A stretch of DNA of 64,000 nt, taken from the NCBI GenBank assembly GCA_040877415.1, contig JBBDNV010000157.1, positions 230 through 64,229 on the forward strand, given 5' to 3'. This DNA is from Pirellulales bacterium. GTDB taxonomy: Bacteria; Planctomycetota; Planctomycetia; Pirellulales; PALSA-1355. This document shows, in pieces, positions 40,020 to 48,653 of the stretch. Each line of letters opens with the position of its first letter. The first letter of the stretch is position 1. Made by a program: the position numbers and the translations under genes. The notes beneath the pieces were generated by a model. That model was not told where the DNA came from and made no database searches. It saw nothing but the letters and a program-made list of their open reading frames with translations.

Positions 40020-40517
40020 ATGATTGATCGCCAGACCACCGCCGCCGTCAGCAGCGAGTTTCCCTCGCTCGCGTGGAGCGAATTCCGCGGCCAGTCGCGG
40101 GCCGTCGTGCCGCGCGACGAGCTGCTGCGCGTGCTGAAATTCCTGCGCGATTCTCGCGGCTTCGACCTGTTGGTCGACATCACGTGCGTCGATTATCTGA
40201 ACTACCGCGGCGCCCAGGACCGTTTCGCTCTGGTGTACCTGTTGTCGGGTACCCGCACCAACGAGCGGATCACGCTGCGGGTGTTCGTCAATGAGCCCGA
40301 GGCGAGCGTGCCGTCGGCCGTGCCGTTGTGGGAAGGCGCGAACTGGATGGAGCGCGAAGTGTGGGACATGTTCGGCATCCGCTTCGAGGGGCATCCCGAC
40401 CTGAGGCGGATCCTGCTGCCCGAGGAGTTCACCGCCCATCCGCTGCGCAAGGATTACCCGCTGCAGGGCCGCGGCGAGCGCCACAACTTCCCCGTGCTGC
40501 GCCGCGCGGAAGGATGA
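40020..40517 (+). CDS. nuoC: NADH-quinone oxidoreductase subunit C
   Basis: ANWMEREVWDMFGIRFEGHPDLRRIL..HPLRKDYP. Confidence 0.96.
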   Translation: MIDRQTTAAVSSEFPSLAWSEFRGQSRAVVPRDELLRVLKFLRDSRGFDLLVDITCVDYLNYRGAQDRFALVYLLSGTRTNERITLRVFVNEPEASVPSAVPLWEGANWMEREVWDMFGIRFEGHPDLRRILLPEEFTAHPLRKDYPLQGRGERHNFPVLRRAEG

Positions 40518-40594
40518 ACGAGAACCGTTTAGCCCCAGGACCATCGGTCCCTTGCGGAATTTGCTTTTGGCAAGCAGTATTGGCTTCCGGGAAG

Positions 40595-41821
40595 ATGACA
40601 GTCGTTCAAGCCAAAACCGTCGAAGACCTGGCCCAGGCCGAGGCCCGCGATTACGTGTGGACCTTGAATTTCGGCCCGCAGCATCCGGCCACGCACACCA
40701 CGCTGCGCCTGGTGCTGTTGCTTGACGGCGAGCGGGTCGTCGACGCGATCCCCGACATCGGTTATCTGCACTCGGGCTTCGAGAAGCTCGGCGAACACCT
40801 GAACTACAACCAGTACGTGACGGTCACCGATCGCATGAACTACATCTCGCCGTTGGCGAACAACATCGCCTGGCACGGCGCGGTGGAAAAGCTGCTGGGG
40901 CTGGAGATCACGCCCCGCTGCAAGTATTTGCGGACCATTCTGGCCGAGCTGTCGCGGATCAGCGACCACTTGTTGTGCAACGGGGCCGTCGGGATCGACG
41001 TCGGGGCGTTCACGTTCTTCCTGTACGCCTTCTATCAGCGCGAGGTCCTCTACGACATTTTTGAGACTCTCTGCGGCGCCCGATTCACAAACAGCTATAC
41101 CCGCGTGGGCGGCCTGATGTACGACGCCGGCCCCTTGGTGGTGGAAAAGATCCGCGCATTCGTGCGCAACTTTCCCAGGACGCTCGACGACATGGACAAG
41201 CTGCTCAATCGCAATCGCATCTTCGTCGATCGCACCAAGGGCGTCGGCGTGCTCTCGAAGCACGAGGCCATTGCCCGCAGCGCCACCGGCCCGATCGCGC
41301 GGGCCAGCGGCGTGACCCGCGATCTGCGCAAAGACGAGCCGTACCTGGCGTACGAGGATTTTGATTTTCAGGTGTGCTGCGCCACGGCGGGCGATTGTTT
41401 CGCCCGCTACCTGGTGCGCATGGCCGAAATGCGCGAGAGCTTGAAAATCGTGGCCCAGGCGATCGAGAACCTGCCTGCCGGAGGGGTCAACGTCGGCATC
41501 GACGAGCGCACCGCGCTCCCCTCGAAGCAGCAGGTTTACCAGACCATCGAAGGCACGATTTCACACTTCGAGCTGGTGATGACCAATCGCGGCTTCGTCG
41601 TGCCCCAGGAGGAGGTTTACGACGCCATCGAGGCGCCCAACGGCGAGTTGGGCTTTTACCTCGTGGGCGACGGCAGCGACGTGGCGTATCGGGCCCGCTG
41701 CCGCCCGCCGTCGTTCATCCACTTTGCGTTGTTCCCGCATTTGATCCGCGGCCACACGCTTTCCGACGTCGTGGCCGTTTTGGGAAGTTTGAACATCATC
41801 GCCGCCGAACTGGATCGGTAG
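40595..41821 (+). CDS. nuoD: NADH-quinone oxidoreductase subunit D
   Basis: LNFGPQHPATH, IGYLHSGFEK, DRMNY, EAPNGELG and C-terminal ELDR. Confidence 0.96.
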   Translation: MTVVQAKTVEDLAQAEARDYVWTLNFGPQHPATHTTLRLVLLLDGERVVDAIPDIGYLHSGFEKLGEHLNYNQYVTVTDRMNYISPLANNIAWHGAVEKLLGLEITPRCKYLRTILAELSRISDHLLCNGAVGIDVGAFTFFLYAFYQREVLYDIFETLCGARFTNSYTRVGGLMYDAGPLVVEKIRAFVRNFPRTLDDMDKLLNRNRIFVDRTKGVGVLSKHEAIARSATGPIARASGVTRDLRKDEPYLAYEDFDFQVCCATAGDCFARYLVRMAEMRESLKIVAQAIENLPAGGVNVGIDERTALPSKQQVYQTIEGTISHFELVMTNRGFVVPQEEVYDAIEAPNGELGFYLVGDGSDVAYRARCRPPSFIHFALFPHLIRGHTLSDVVAVLGSLNIIAAELDR

Positions 41822-41872
41822 TTGTTAGTTCTTGGTTATTAGTGGTTACTGGAAGCCCGACCCCCAACCCCT

Positions 41873-42373
41873 ATGAAATTCTTGACCGACGAAATGATCG
41901 AGGCGATCAAGGCCTACTTTCCGCGGTACCCGACGCGGCAGGCCGTGACGCTGCCGGCGCTGCACGTCGTGAATGAGCGATTGCGCCACGTGCCGCTTGC
42001 GGCCGTAGTCGAGATCGCCGAACTGTTGCAGCTCGCTCCGGCCGAGGTGCAGGACACGCTGTCGTTTTACGGCTTTTTCAAGCAGGCGGGGCCGCACGGC
42101 CAGACCCGGGCCTGGGTCTGCCGCTCGATCAGTTGCGCGCTGCGCGGCGGCGAGGAAGTTTTGGATCACATGTGCCGCACGGCCGGCATCCGGCCGGGCG
42201 AAACGACGGCCGACGGCAAGCTGACGCTCGAGTTCGCCGAATGTTTGGGAGCCTGCGAGTTTGCCCCCTGCATGTTGGCCGCCGAGGTGTTGCACAAGAA
42301 CCTGACCAGTCAGTCGGCCGAGGCGTTTTTGAGCGAAGTCCGCAAAGGTACAGTCACGGGCGGCCACCGGTAG
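41873..42373 (+). CDS. nuoE: NADH-quinone oxidoreductase subunit E
   Basis: CRSISC...ECLGAC [2Fe-2S] motif. Confidence 0.95.
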   Translation: MKFLTDEMIEAIKAYFPRYPTRQAVTLPALHVVNERLRHVPLAAVVEIAELLQLAPAEVQDTLSFYGFFKQAGPHGQTRAWVCRSISCALRGGEEVLDHMCRTAGIRPGETTADGKLTLEFAECLGACEFAPCMLAAEVLHKNLTSQSAEAFLSEVRKGTVTGGHR

Positions 42374-42398
42374 CCGTCTTACTTCCACTCGACGACCA

Positions 42399-43757
42399 AT
42401 GATGCCGCCCTTTGAACCCGTTCTGCTGGCGAACATCGATAAGCCCAACAGCCATACGCTGGCGGCGTATGAAGCTGCCGGCGGATATCGCGCGCTGCGG
42501 AAGGTCGTGGCCGAAATGTCGCCCACCGAGCTCGTCGAGCTGATCAAGAGCAGCAACCTGCGCGGACGCGGCGGGGCCGGCTTTCCCACGGGGCTCAAGT
42601 GGTCGTTTTTGCCCAAGGACCATCCCGGACCGATCTACATGTGCATCAACGCCGACGAGAGCGAGCCGGGCACGTTCAACAACCGCATCCTGATGGAGCA
42701 AGACCCGCACCAGGTGATCGAGGGCTCGATTCTCAGTTGCTACGCCACGCGGGCCGCCACCGCCTACATCTACCTGCGATACGAATATCCGCTGTCGTAC
42801 AAGCGGCTGCAAGCCGCGATCGACGAGTGCTATGCGGCCGGATACCTGGGCAAGAACGTCCTGGGAAGCCCGTTTTCGCTCGACATGTATCTGCATCGCG
42901 GCGCGGCGGCGTACATCTGCGGCGAAGAGACGGGGCTGATCGAAAGCCTGGAGGGCAAACGGGCCTGGCCGCGCATCAAGCCGCCGTTTCCGGCCGCCGA
43001 GGGCGTCTTTCGCAAACCCACCGTCGTCAACAACATCGAAACCCTCTGCTGCGTGACCCAGATCGCGGCCCGGGGCGTCGAGTGGTTCAAGAGCATCGGC
43101 GTGCCGGCCGATCCCAACAACCCGCGCGACGCCGGCAGCTACGGACCGAAGTTGTATTGCCTTAGCGGTCACGTCGAAAAGCCGGGCTGTTACGAGGCGC
43201 CGTTGGGCATTACCTGCCGGCAGTTGATCGACGAATTCGGCGGCGGCGTGTGGAAGGGCAGAAAGGCCAAAGCGGCCATTCCCGGCGGCATCAGCATGGG
43301 GCTGCTCGCCGAAGCCGAGTTCGACACCCCGCTCGACTTTGCCGCCTTGGGGCGTGTCGGCTGTCTGGGCTTGGGCACGGCGGCGGTGGTCGTGCTCGAC
43401 GAGACCGTTTCGATGGTCGACTTTCTGCACAATAGCTGCCGGTTTTTTGCCCACGAAAGCTGCGGCCAGTGCACGCCCTGCCGCGAAGGCACCCTCTGGG
43501 CGCTGGCGATGCTCGAGCGCATCAAGGCGGGCCGCGGACGCCTGCGCGATTTGGACCTGCTGTTGGAAATCGGCGATACGATCGGCATCATTCCCGGCAC
43601 CACGATCTGCGGCCTGGCCGACGGCGCCGCCTGGCCCATCAAGAACGCGATCCGCAAGTTTCGCGGTGAATTCGAAGAGTACATCAAACGCACCAACCCC
43701 GCGGGCTACATGACCACCGAAGCCGTCGAGGCCCTGCCGGTCCTAACGGCCCACTAA
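42399..43757 (+). CDS. nuoF: NADH-quinone oxidoreductase subunit F
   Basis: LRGRGGAGFPTG, NADESEPGT, YICGEETGL and HESCGQCTPCREG. Confidence 0.97.
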   Translation: MMPPFEPVLLANIDKPNSHTLAAYEAAGGYRALRKVVAEMSPTELVELIKSSNLRGRGGAGFPTGLKWSFLPKDHPGPIYMCINADESEPGTFNNRILMEQDPHQVIEGSILSCYATRAATAYIYLRYEYPLSYKRLQAAIDECYAAGYLGKNVLGSPFSLDMYLHRGAAAYICGEETGLIESLEGKRAWPRIKPPFPAAEGVFRKPTVVNNIETLCCVTQIAARGVEWFKSIGVPADPNNPRDAGSYGPKLYCLSGHVEKPGCYEAPLGITCRQLIDEFGGGVWKGRKAKAAIPGGISMGLLAEAEFDTPLDFAALGRVGCLGLGTAAVVVLDETVSMVDFLHNSCRFFAHESCGQCTPCREGTLWALAMLERIKAGRGRLRDLDLLLEIGDTIGIIPGTTICGLADGAAWPIKNAIRKFRGEFEEYIKRTNPAGYMTTEAVEALPVLTAH

Positions 43758-43821
43758 ACGAAACCGCCTAACGTCCGCTTGCGGCTTAGCACCGTATTGC
43801 CAACCGCGCGGGTAAGCTTTC

Positions 43822-45444
43822 ATGCCCATCGTCATCATCGACGGAATCGAAGTAGAGCTGGTTGCCGGCGAGCGCCCGAACGGCATCGAAGCCGCGCGCC
43901 GCGCGGGGATCGAGATTCCGCACTATTGCTGGCATCCCGGGCTGACGGTGGTGGCCAGTTGCCGCATGTGCCTGGTCGAAACCGGCACGCGCAATCCCCA
44001 GACGGGCGAAGTCGCCATGCTGCCCAAGCTCGTGCCCGCCTGCCAGACGCCGGCCGGGCCGAACACGGTCTTCGTGACCAACAGCGAGAAGGTGAAACAG
44101 AGCCGGGCCATGGTCGAAGAGGATTTGCTCATCCGGCATCCTATCGACTGCCCCATCTGCGACAAGGCCGGCGAGTGCTACTTGCAGGACTATCACTTCC
44201 GGTACGGCCAGGACGAGCGCCGGGCCGACGTTCGCCCGTTTACCAGCCGGCGGCGCGAAATGGGCGACACCGTGACCTTGTTCGTCGACCGCTGCGTGAT
44301 GTGCACGCGCTGCGTCCGCTTCACGCGCGAAATCTCGGGCCGCGGCGAGCTGATGGTGATCAACCGCGGCGACCGCGAGGAGATCGACGTCTTTCCCGGC
44401 TATCCGCTGGCGAACAAGCTCTCGGGCAACGTCGTCGACCTGTGCCCCGTCGGCGCCTTGGGCGACAAGGACTTTTTATATCAGCAGCGCGTCTGGTTCA
44501 TGAAGAAACATCCGGGCGTGTGCACCGGCTGCTCCACCGGCTGCTCGATCGACGTGGAGGAGAACCAGGACACGGTCTATCGCCTCAAGCCGCGGGAGAA
44601 TCCGCACGTCAACCAGTGGTGGATGTGCGACGAAGGGCGCTATGGCTTTCACCACGTCCACAGCGACCGGCGGCTCTCCAGCGTCGAGCGCCGAGACGGC
44701 GCGAACCGCACGCTGGTGGAATGGTCCGACGTGCTTCGCGAGATCGACGAGCGGTTTCGCGCAATCGGCCGCGTGGCCGCCGTGCTGTCGCCTCATTTGA
44801 CCGTCGAGGAAGCCTATCTTTTGGCCAAGTATGCCCGGGCGGTCGACCCGCAGGCGCTCGTGGTGCTCGGGCCGGTGCCGGTTGTCGGCGAAGACGAAAC
44901 GTTCAAAAGCGGCTTCACGATCCGGGCCGAAAAATGCCCCAACCGCCGCGGCGTCGAGGAAATCGTCCGGCACTTCATGGGCCGCACCGCGACGCTCGAC
45001 GAATTGCTCACCAGCGGTGAGCCCGCCGAACGCGCGGTGTGGACGAGCGGCGGATACAAGCGCGATTGGATCGACGCGCGGGCGGCCGCATCGTTGGCCG
45101 CCGCCCAGTGCCTCGTCGTGCAGGATTTGTTCGACTCGCCGCTGGCCCAACGCGCCGCGTACGTGCTGCCCGGCGCGGCGTTTGCCGAGCGGGAAGGTTC
45201 GTACGTCAATCATGCCGATCGGCTGCAAAGCGTGCCGTGGGCGATTCGCCCGCCCTCTGGCGTGCGCGTCGAGGCGGGCGTGTTTTGGGAGTTGCTGGGC
45301 ATGCCGGGGCTGGTGAAGGCCCGACGCGTGTTGGATGAAGTCGCCAGCCAGATCGCCTTCTTCGCCGCCGCCGCCGAAACGATCGGGCCATTGGGAATTC
45401 TCTTGAAGGCGTCGGCGCCCGCCGCCGCCGCGACCACGGGTTGA
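43822..45444 (+). CDS. nuoG: NADH-quinone oxidoreductase subunit G (short form)
   Basis: IPHYCWH..CRMCLVE, HPIDCPICDKAGECYLQ, CVMCTRC, CPVGAL and CTGCSTGC..CDEGR. Confidence 0.92.
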   Translation: MPIVIIDGIEVELVAGERPNGIEAARRAGIEIPHYCWHPGLTVVASCRMCLVETGTRNPQTGEVAMLPKLVPACQTPAGPNTVFVTNSEKVKQSRAMVEEDLLIRHPIDCPICDKAGECYLQDYHFRYGQDERRADVRPFTSRRREMGDTVTLFVDRCVMCTRCVRFTREISGRGELMVINRGDREEIDVFPGYPLANKLSGNVVDLCPVGALGDKDFLYQQRVWFMKKHPGVCTGCSTGCSIDVEENQDTVYRLKPRENPHVNQWWMCDEGRYGFHHVHSDRRLSSVERRDGANRTLVEWSDVLREIDERFRAIGRVAAVLSPHLTVEEAYLLAKYARAVDPQALVVLGPVPVVGEDETFKSGFTIRAEKCPNRRGVEEIVRHFMGRTATLDELLTSGEPAERAVWTSGGYKRDWIDARAAASLAAAQCLVVQDLFDSPLAQRAAYVLPGAAFAEREGSYVNHADRLQSVPWAIRPPSGVRVEAGVFWELLGMPGLVKARRVLDEVASQIAFFAAAAETIGPLGILLKASAPAAAATTG

Positions 45445-45450
45445 ACGCGT

Positions 45451-46731
45451 ATGGACTGGCAATCGCTCATGCAGCCGCTTGTCGTGCCGTTGGTCAAAAT
45501 TGCGATTTTGATCTTTATCCTGCTGACCGCGGCGGCCTACCTGGTGCTCTTGGAGCGCCGCATGGCCGCCTGGATCCAGGACCGCCGAGGTCCCAACCGC
45601 GTCGGCATTCCACTCACGAACATCAAGCTGTTCGGGCTCGGCCAGCCTTTGGCCGACGCGCTGAAGTTCATTTTCAAGGAAGAGTACACGCCGACCCACG
45701 TCGAAAAGGCGCTCTACATTCTGGCCCCCATCGCCATCCTGGCCGCGGCGATCGCCATCTTTGCCGTCGTGCCCTTTGGCGACGTCCTGCCGATCGAAGT
45801 GCCGGGCGTCGACGGGCCGATCGACCTGGTCGTGGCGCCCGGGCTCGACGTGGGCATGGTTTACGTATTTGCGCTCAGTAGCATTGCCGTCTACGGCGTC
45901 ATCCTGGGCGGCTGGGCGAGCAACAACAAGTACGGCTTTCTGGGCGCGCTGCGGTCGAGCGCTCAACTCATCGCCTACGAGATTCCGCTGGGCCTGGGCA
46001 TATTGGGCGTCGTGCTGGCGGCCGGCTCGTTGCGGCTCGAGACGATCGTTTTCGCCCAGGCCACGAGCGGCGTGTGGAACGTTTTTGTCCAACCGCTGGG
46101 ATTCTCGGTCTTTCTGATCGCGGCCTTTGCCGAGGCGGCCCGATTGCCGTTCGATCTGCCCGAGTGCGAGCAGGAGCTGATCGGCGGATACCACACCGAA
46201 TACGCCGGCATGAAGCTGCTGTTGTTCCTGATTGCCGAGTTCCTGCACATGGTCATCGGCGCCTTCCTGATCGTGATCCTGTTTCTCGGCGGCTGGCATT
46301 TCTGGGGCCTCTCCGGGCCGGTCCAGGGCGCGATCGGTTGGCCGTTGGCGCTTGCGCGCGTGGCGGTGCTGCTGGCCAAGGTGCTGTTGGTGATCCTGTT
46401 TTTCATGCTGGTCCGCTGGACGTGGCCCCGGTTCCGCTTCGACCAATTGATGAACCTGGCCTGGAAGGTGATGCTGCCCTTGGGACTCGTGAACCTGGTG
46501 GCCGTGGCGATTGTGCTCGAGTACGAGCACGTCGCCGGGACGGAGCATGCGCCTTCCGGCGCATGGCTGGCGATCGGCGTCGGCTGGGGCGTGGCGATCG
46601 TGTCGTGGGTCGCTGCGGCACTGCTGGCGCCGTTGCACACCGACAATCGCCCCCGGATGGACGCGCTTGCCCCGCCCGATTTCGAGCCCGAGGAGCTGCT
46701 GGCCCGCCGGCGGCAGATTTCGACCCCTTAA
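45451..46731 (+). CDS. nuoH: NADH-quinone oxidoreductase subunit H
   Basis: ERRMAAWIQDRRGPNRVG, GQPLADALKFIFKE, RLPFDLPECEQEL and PRFRFDQLM. Confidence 0.96.
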   Translation: MDWQSLMQPLVVPLVKIAILIFILLTAAAYLVLLERRMAAWIQDRRGPNRVGIPLTNIKLFGLGQPLADALKFIFKEEYTPTHVEKALYILAPIAILAAAIAIFAVVPFGDVLPIEVPGVDGPIDLVVAPGLDVGMVYVFALSSIAVYGVILGGWASNNKYGFLGALRSSAQLIAYEIPLGLGILGVVLAAGSLRLETIVFAQATSGVWNVFVQPLGFSVFLIAAFAEAARLPFDLPECEQELIGGYHTEYAGMKLLLFLIAEFLHMVIGAFLIVILFLGGWHFWGLSGPVQGAIGWPLALARVAVLLAKVLLVILFFMLVRWTWPRFRFDQLMNLAWKVMLPLGLVNLVAVAIVLEYEHVAGTEHAPSGAWLAIGVGWGVAIVSWVAAALLAPLHTDNRPRMDALAPPDFEPEELLARRRQISTP

Positions 46732-46754
46732 AACCGCGAACCGATCGACGAGCC

Positions 46755-47288
46755 ATGAAACCCGACGACCCGGACATCAAGTGGATTGAAGAGCCGAAGC
46801 TGGGGCTTGCCGGCATGATGTATTTGCCCCTGTTCGTCGACGGATTGACCACGACGGCCCGGCACCTGTTCGGCCCGAAGGTGACGGTCAGCTATCCCGA
46901 GGCGCGGCCCAGGATTGACAACCCGCTCATCTATCGCGGCGTCCACCGGCTGAACAAGGACGAGCAGGGCCGCGTCAAGTGCGTGGCCTGCTTCTTGTGC
47001 GCCACGGCGTGTCCGGCTCACTGCATCGACATCGTGGGTGTGGAAAGCCCCTGGCCGGACCGCGAGAAGTATCCCGAGAGCTTTACGATCGACGAGCTGC
47101 GCTGCATCTTCTGCGGGATGTGCGAAGAGGCGTGTCCGGTCGACGCGATCGAGCTCACCAGCTTGTTCGACCTGACGGGCCGCAGCCGCGAGGAGATGAT
47201 TTTTGACAAGGAAAAATTGTTGAGCGTTTACGACCAGACGAAAGACGCTGAGCCGATGAAATCGACCGCGATGGGGGGCACGCTATGA
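46755..47288 (+). CDS. nuoI: NADH-quinone oxidoreductase subunit I
   Basis: CVACFLCATACP and CIFCGMCEEACP, two [4Fe-4S] motifs. Confidence 0.96.
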   Translation: MKPDDPDIKWIEEPKLGLAGMMYLPLFVDGLTTTARHLFGPKVTVSYPEARPRIDNPLIYRGVHRLNKDEQGRVKCVACFLCATACPAHCIDIVGVESPWPDREKYPESFTIDELRCIFCGMCEEACPVDAIELTSLFDLTGRSREEMIFDKEKLLSVYDQTKDAEPMKSTAMGGTL

Positions 47289-48007
47289 TCGCGACGCTGG
47301 CGATTCTCGCCGCGGCCACGCTGCTGTTGGCCGCCGGCATGTGGCTTTTGCTGCCGCGCGCCAGCGCTGGGGGCCGCTGGCTGGGCACGGTGCTCGTCGG
47401 GGGCAGCTTGCTCGCGTTTGCCTGGGAATCGCCGGGCCTGGGCACGTGGACCGCCGACGGCGTGTTTTACGCTCTGGCAGCCGTGACGGTGGCCGCCGCC
47501 GTGTGTACGGTCACGTTTCGCAACCCGGTTTACTCGGCGATCTGGTTTGCGCTGTCGCTGCTGGGCACCGCCGGCTTGTTTCTGTTCGACGGGGCCCAGT
47601 TTCTGGGCGTGGCCACGATCGTGGTCTACGCCGGCGCAATCCTGGTCACCTTTTTGTTCGTGCTCATGCTGGCCCAGCCCGAAGGTCACGCTCCGTACGA
47701 CCGCGTGAGTTGGGCTCCGTTGCTTTCGGCCCTGACCGGGGCGCTTTTGGTCGGATTGCTGACGCTGGTGCTGGTGGGCGTGTTTCAAAACCAATCGGTA
47801 GAAAAGCGGCCGCGGGCGCCCTTTACCACCGCCCAGCTCGAAAGCGAAATCCTGGCCGACGAGCACATGGCCCATTTGGGAGCACGGTTGTTCAGCACGC
47901 AACTGGTGGCCGTGGAAGTGGCCGGCACGCTCCTGCTGGTGGCGCTGGTGGGCACGGTGGCCATCGTGGCCCAGATTCGCAAGCCCGGAGGGCCGTCGCA
48001 TGGATGA
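47285..48007 (+). CDS. nuoJ: NADH-quinone oxidoreductase subunit J (N-terminal TM extension)
   Basis: RNPVYSAIW, IVVYAGAILVTFLFVLML and EVAGTLLLVALVG. Confidence 0.93.
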   Translation: MIATLAILAAATLLLAAGMWLLLPRASAGGRWLGTVLVGGSLLAFAWESPGLGTWTADGVFYALAAVTVAAAVCTVTFRNPVYSAIWFALSLLGTAGLFLFDGAQFLGVATIVVYAGAILVTFLFVLMLAQPEGHAPYDRVSWAPLLSALTGALLVGLLTLVLVGVFQNQSVEKRPRAPFTTAQLESEILADEHMAHLGARLFSTQLVAVEVAGTLLLVALVGTVAIVAQIRKPGGPSHG

Positions 48008-48443
48008 GCTGGCCCTGTTGGAAAAATATCTGTTCACGGGCGCGCTGCTCTTCGGCATCGGATTAGTGGGCTTCACGAGCCGCCGCAACATGATCGTGAT
48101 GTTTCTTTCGGTCGAGATGATGCTGCAGGGCGTTTCCGTGAGCCTGGTGGCTTGGAGCCGCTATCACGACGACTGGGGCGGCCAGATGCTGGTGATCTTC
48201 ATCCTCACCGTGGCGGCTTGCGAAGCGGCAATCGCGCTGGCGGTCGTGCTGACGCTGTTTCACAAGACGGGCTCGCTCGACGTCACCGTCTGGCACAAGT
48301 TGCGCGAAGACAATCAACCTCCGTACGTCGAGCGCCGCATGCCGGAGCCCGCCGAAAAAGAACCCACGTGGCCAAAGCTCGTGCCCGCGGGCGTGGAGCC
48401 CGAGCACGATCTGGAAGAATTGACGCACCGGGCGCACGTTTAG
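48000..48443 (+). CDS. nuoK: NADH-quinone oxidoreductase subunit K (C-terminal extension)
   Basis: RRNMIVMFLSVEMML and VAACEAAIALA. Confidence 0.95.
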   Translation: MDELALLEKYLFTGALLFGIGLVGFTSRRNMIVMFLSVEMMLQGVSVSLVAWSRYHDDWGGQMLVIFILTVAACEAAIALAVVLTLFHKTGSLDVTVWHKLREDNQPPYVERRMPEPAEKEPTWPKLVPAGVEPEHDLEELTHRAHV

Positions 48444-48638
48444 CCGAAATCAAGGGGACTGGCTCCGAGCACACCGAGCACTCACAACGAACTGGCGATC
48501 GCTCGGTGCCTGTCCCCTTTATCGATCTGGAAGAATTGACGCACCGGGCGCACGTTTAGCCGAATTCAAGGGGACTGGCTCCGAGCACACCGAGCACTCA
48601 CAACGAACTGGCGATCGCTCGGTGCCTGTCCCCTTTAT
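48407..48638. repeat. 116-bp tandem duplication (nuoK 3' end plus a family C palindrome)
   Basis: 48407-48522 and 48523-48638 are identical except for one mismatch (gaaatc vs gaattc). Confidence 0.9.
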
Positions 48639-48653
48639 TTCAACCGAAACCTC

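Noticed and set aside
41820-41870. Heptamer-like run GTTGTTA GTTCTTG GTTATTA GTGGTTA between nuoD and nuoE
   Set aside because: Short degenerate low-complexity spacer with no supportable function.
43822-45444. nuoG as a truncated pseudogene
   Set aside because: All Fe-S motifs are present, the frame is intact and it abuts nuoH; treated as a short natural form.
48407-48638. Possible mini-CRISPR array
   Set aside because: Only two units, the whole 116 bp is duplicated with no unique spacers, and no cas genes are present.
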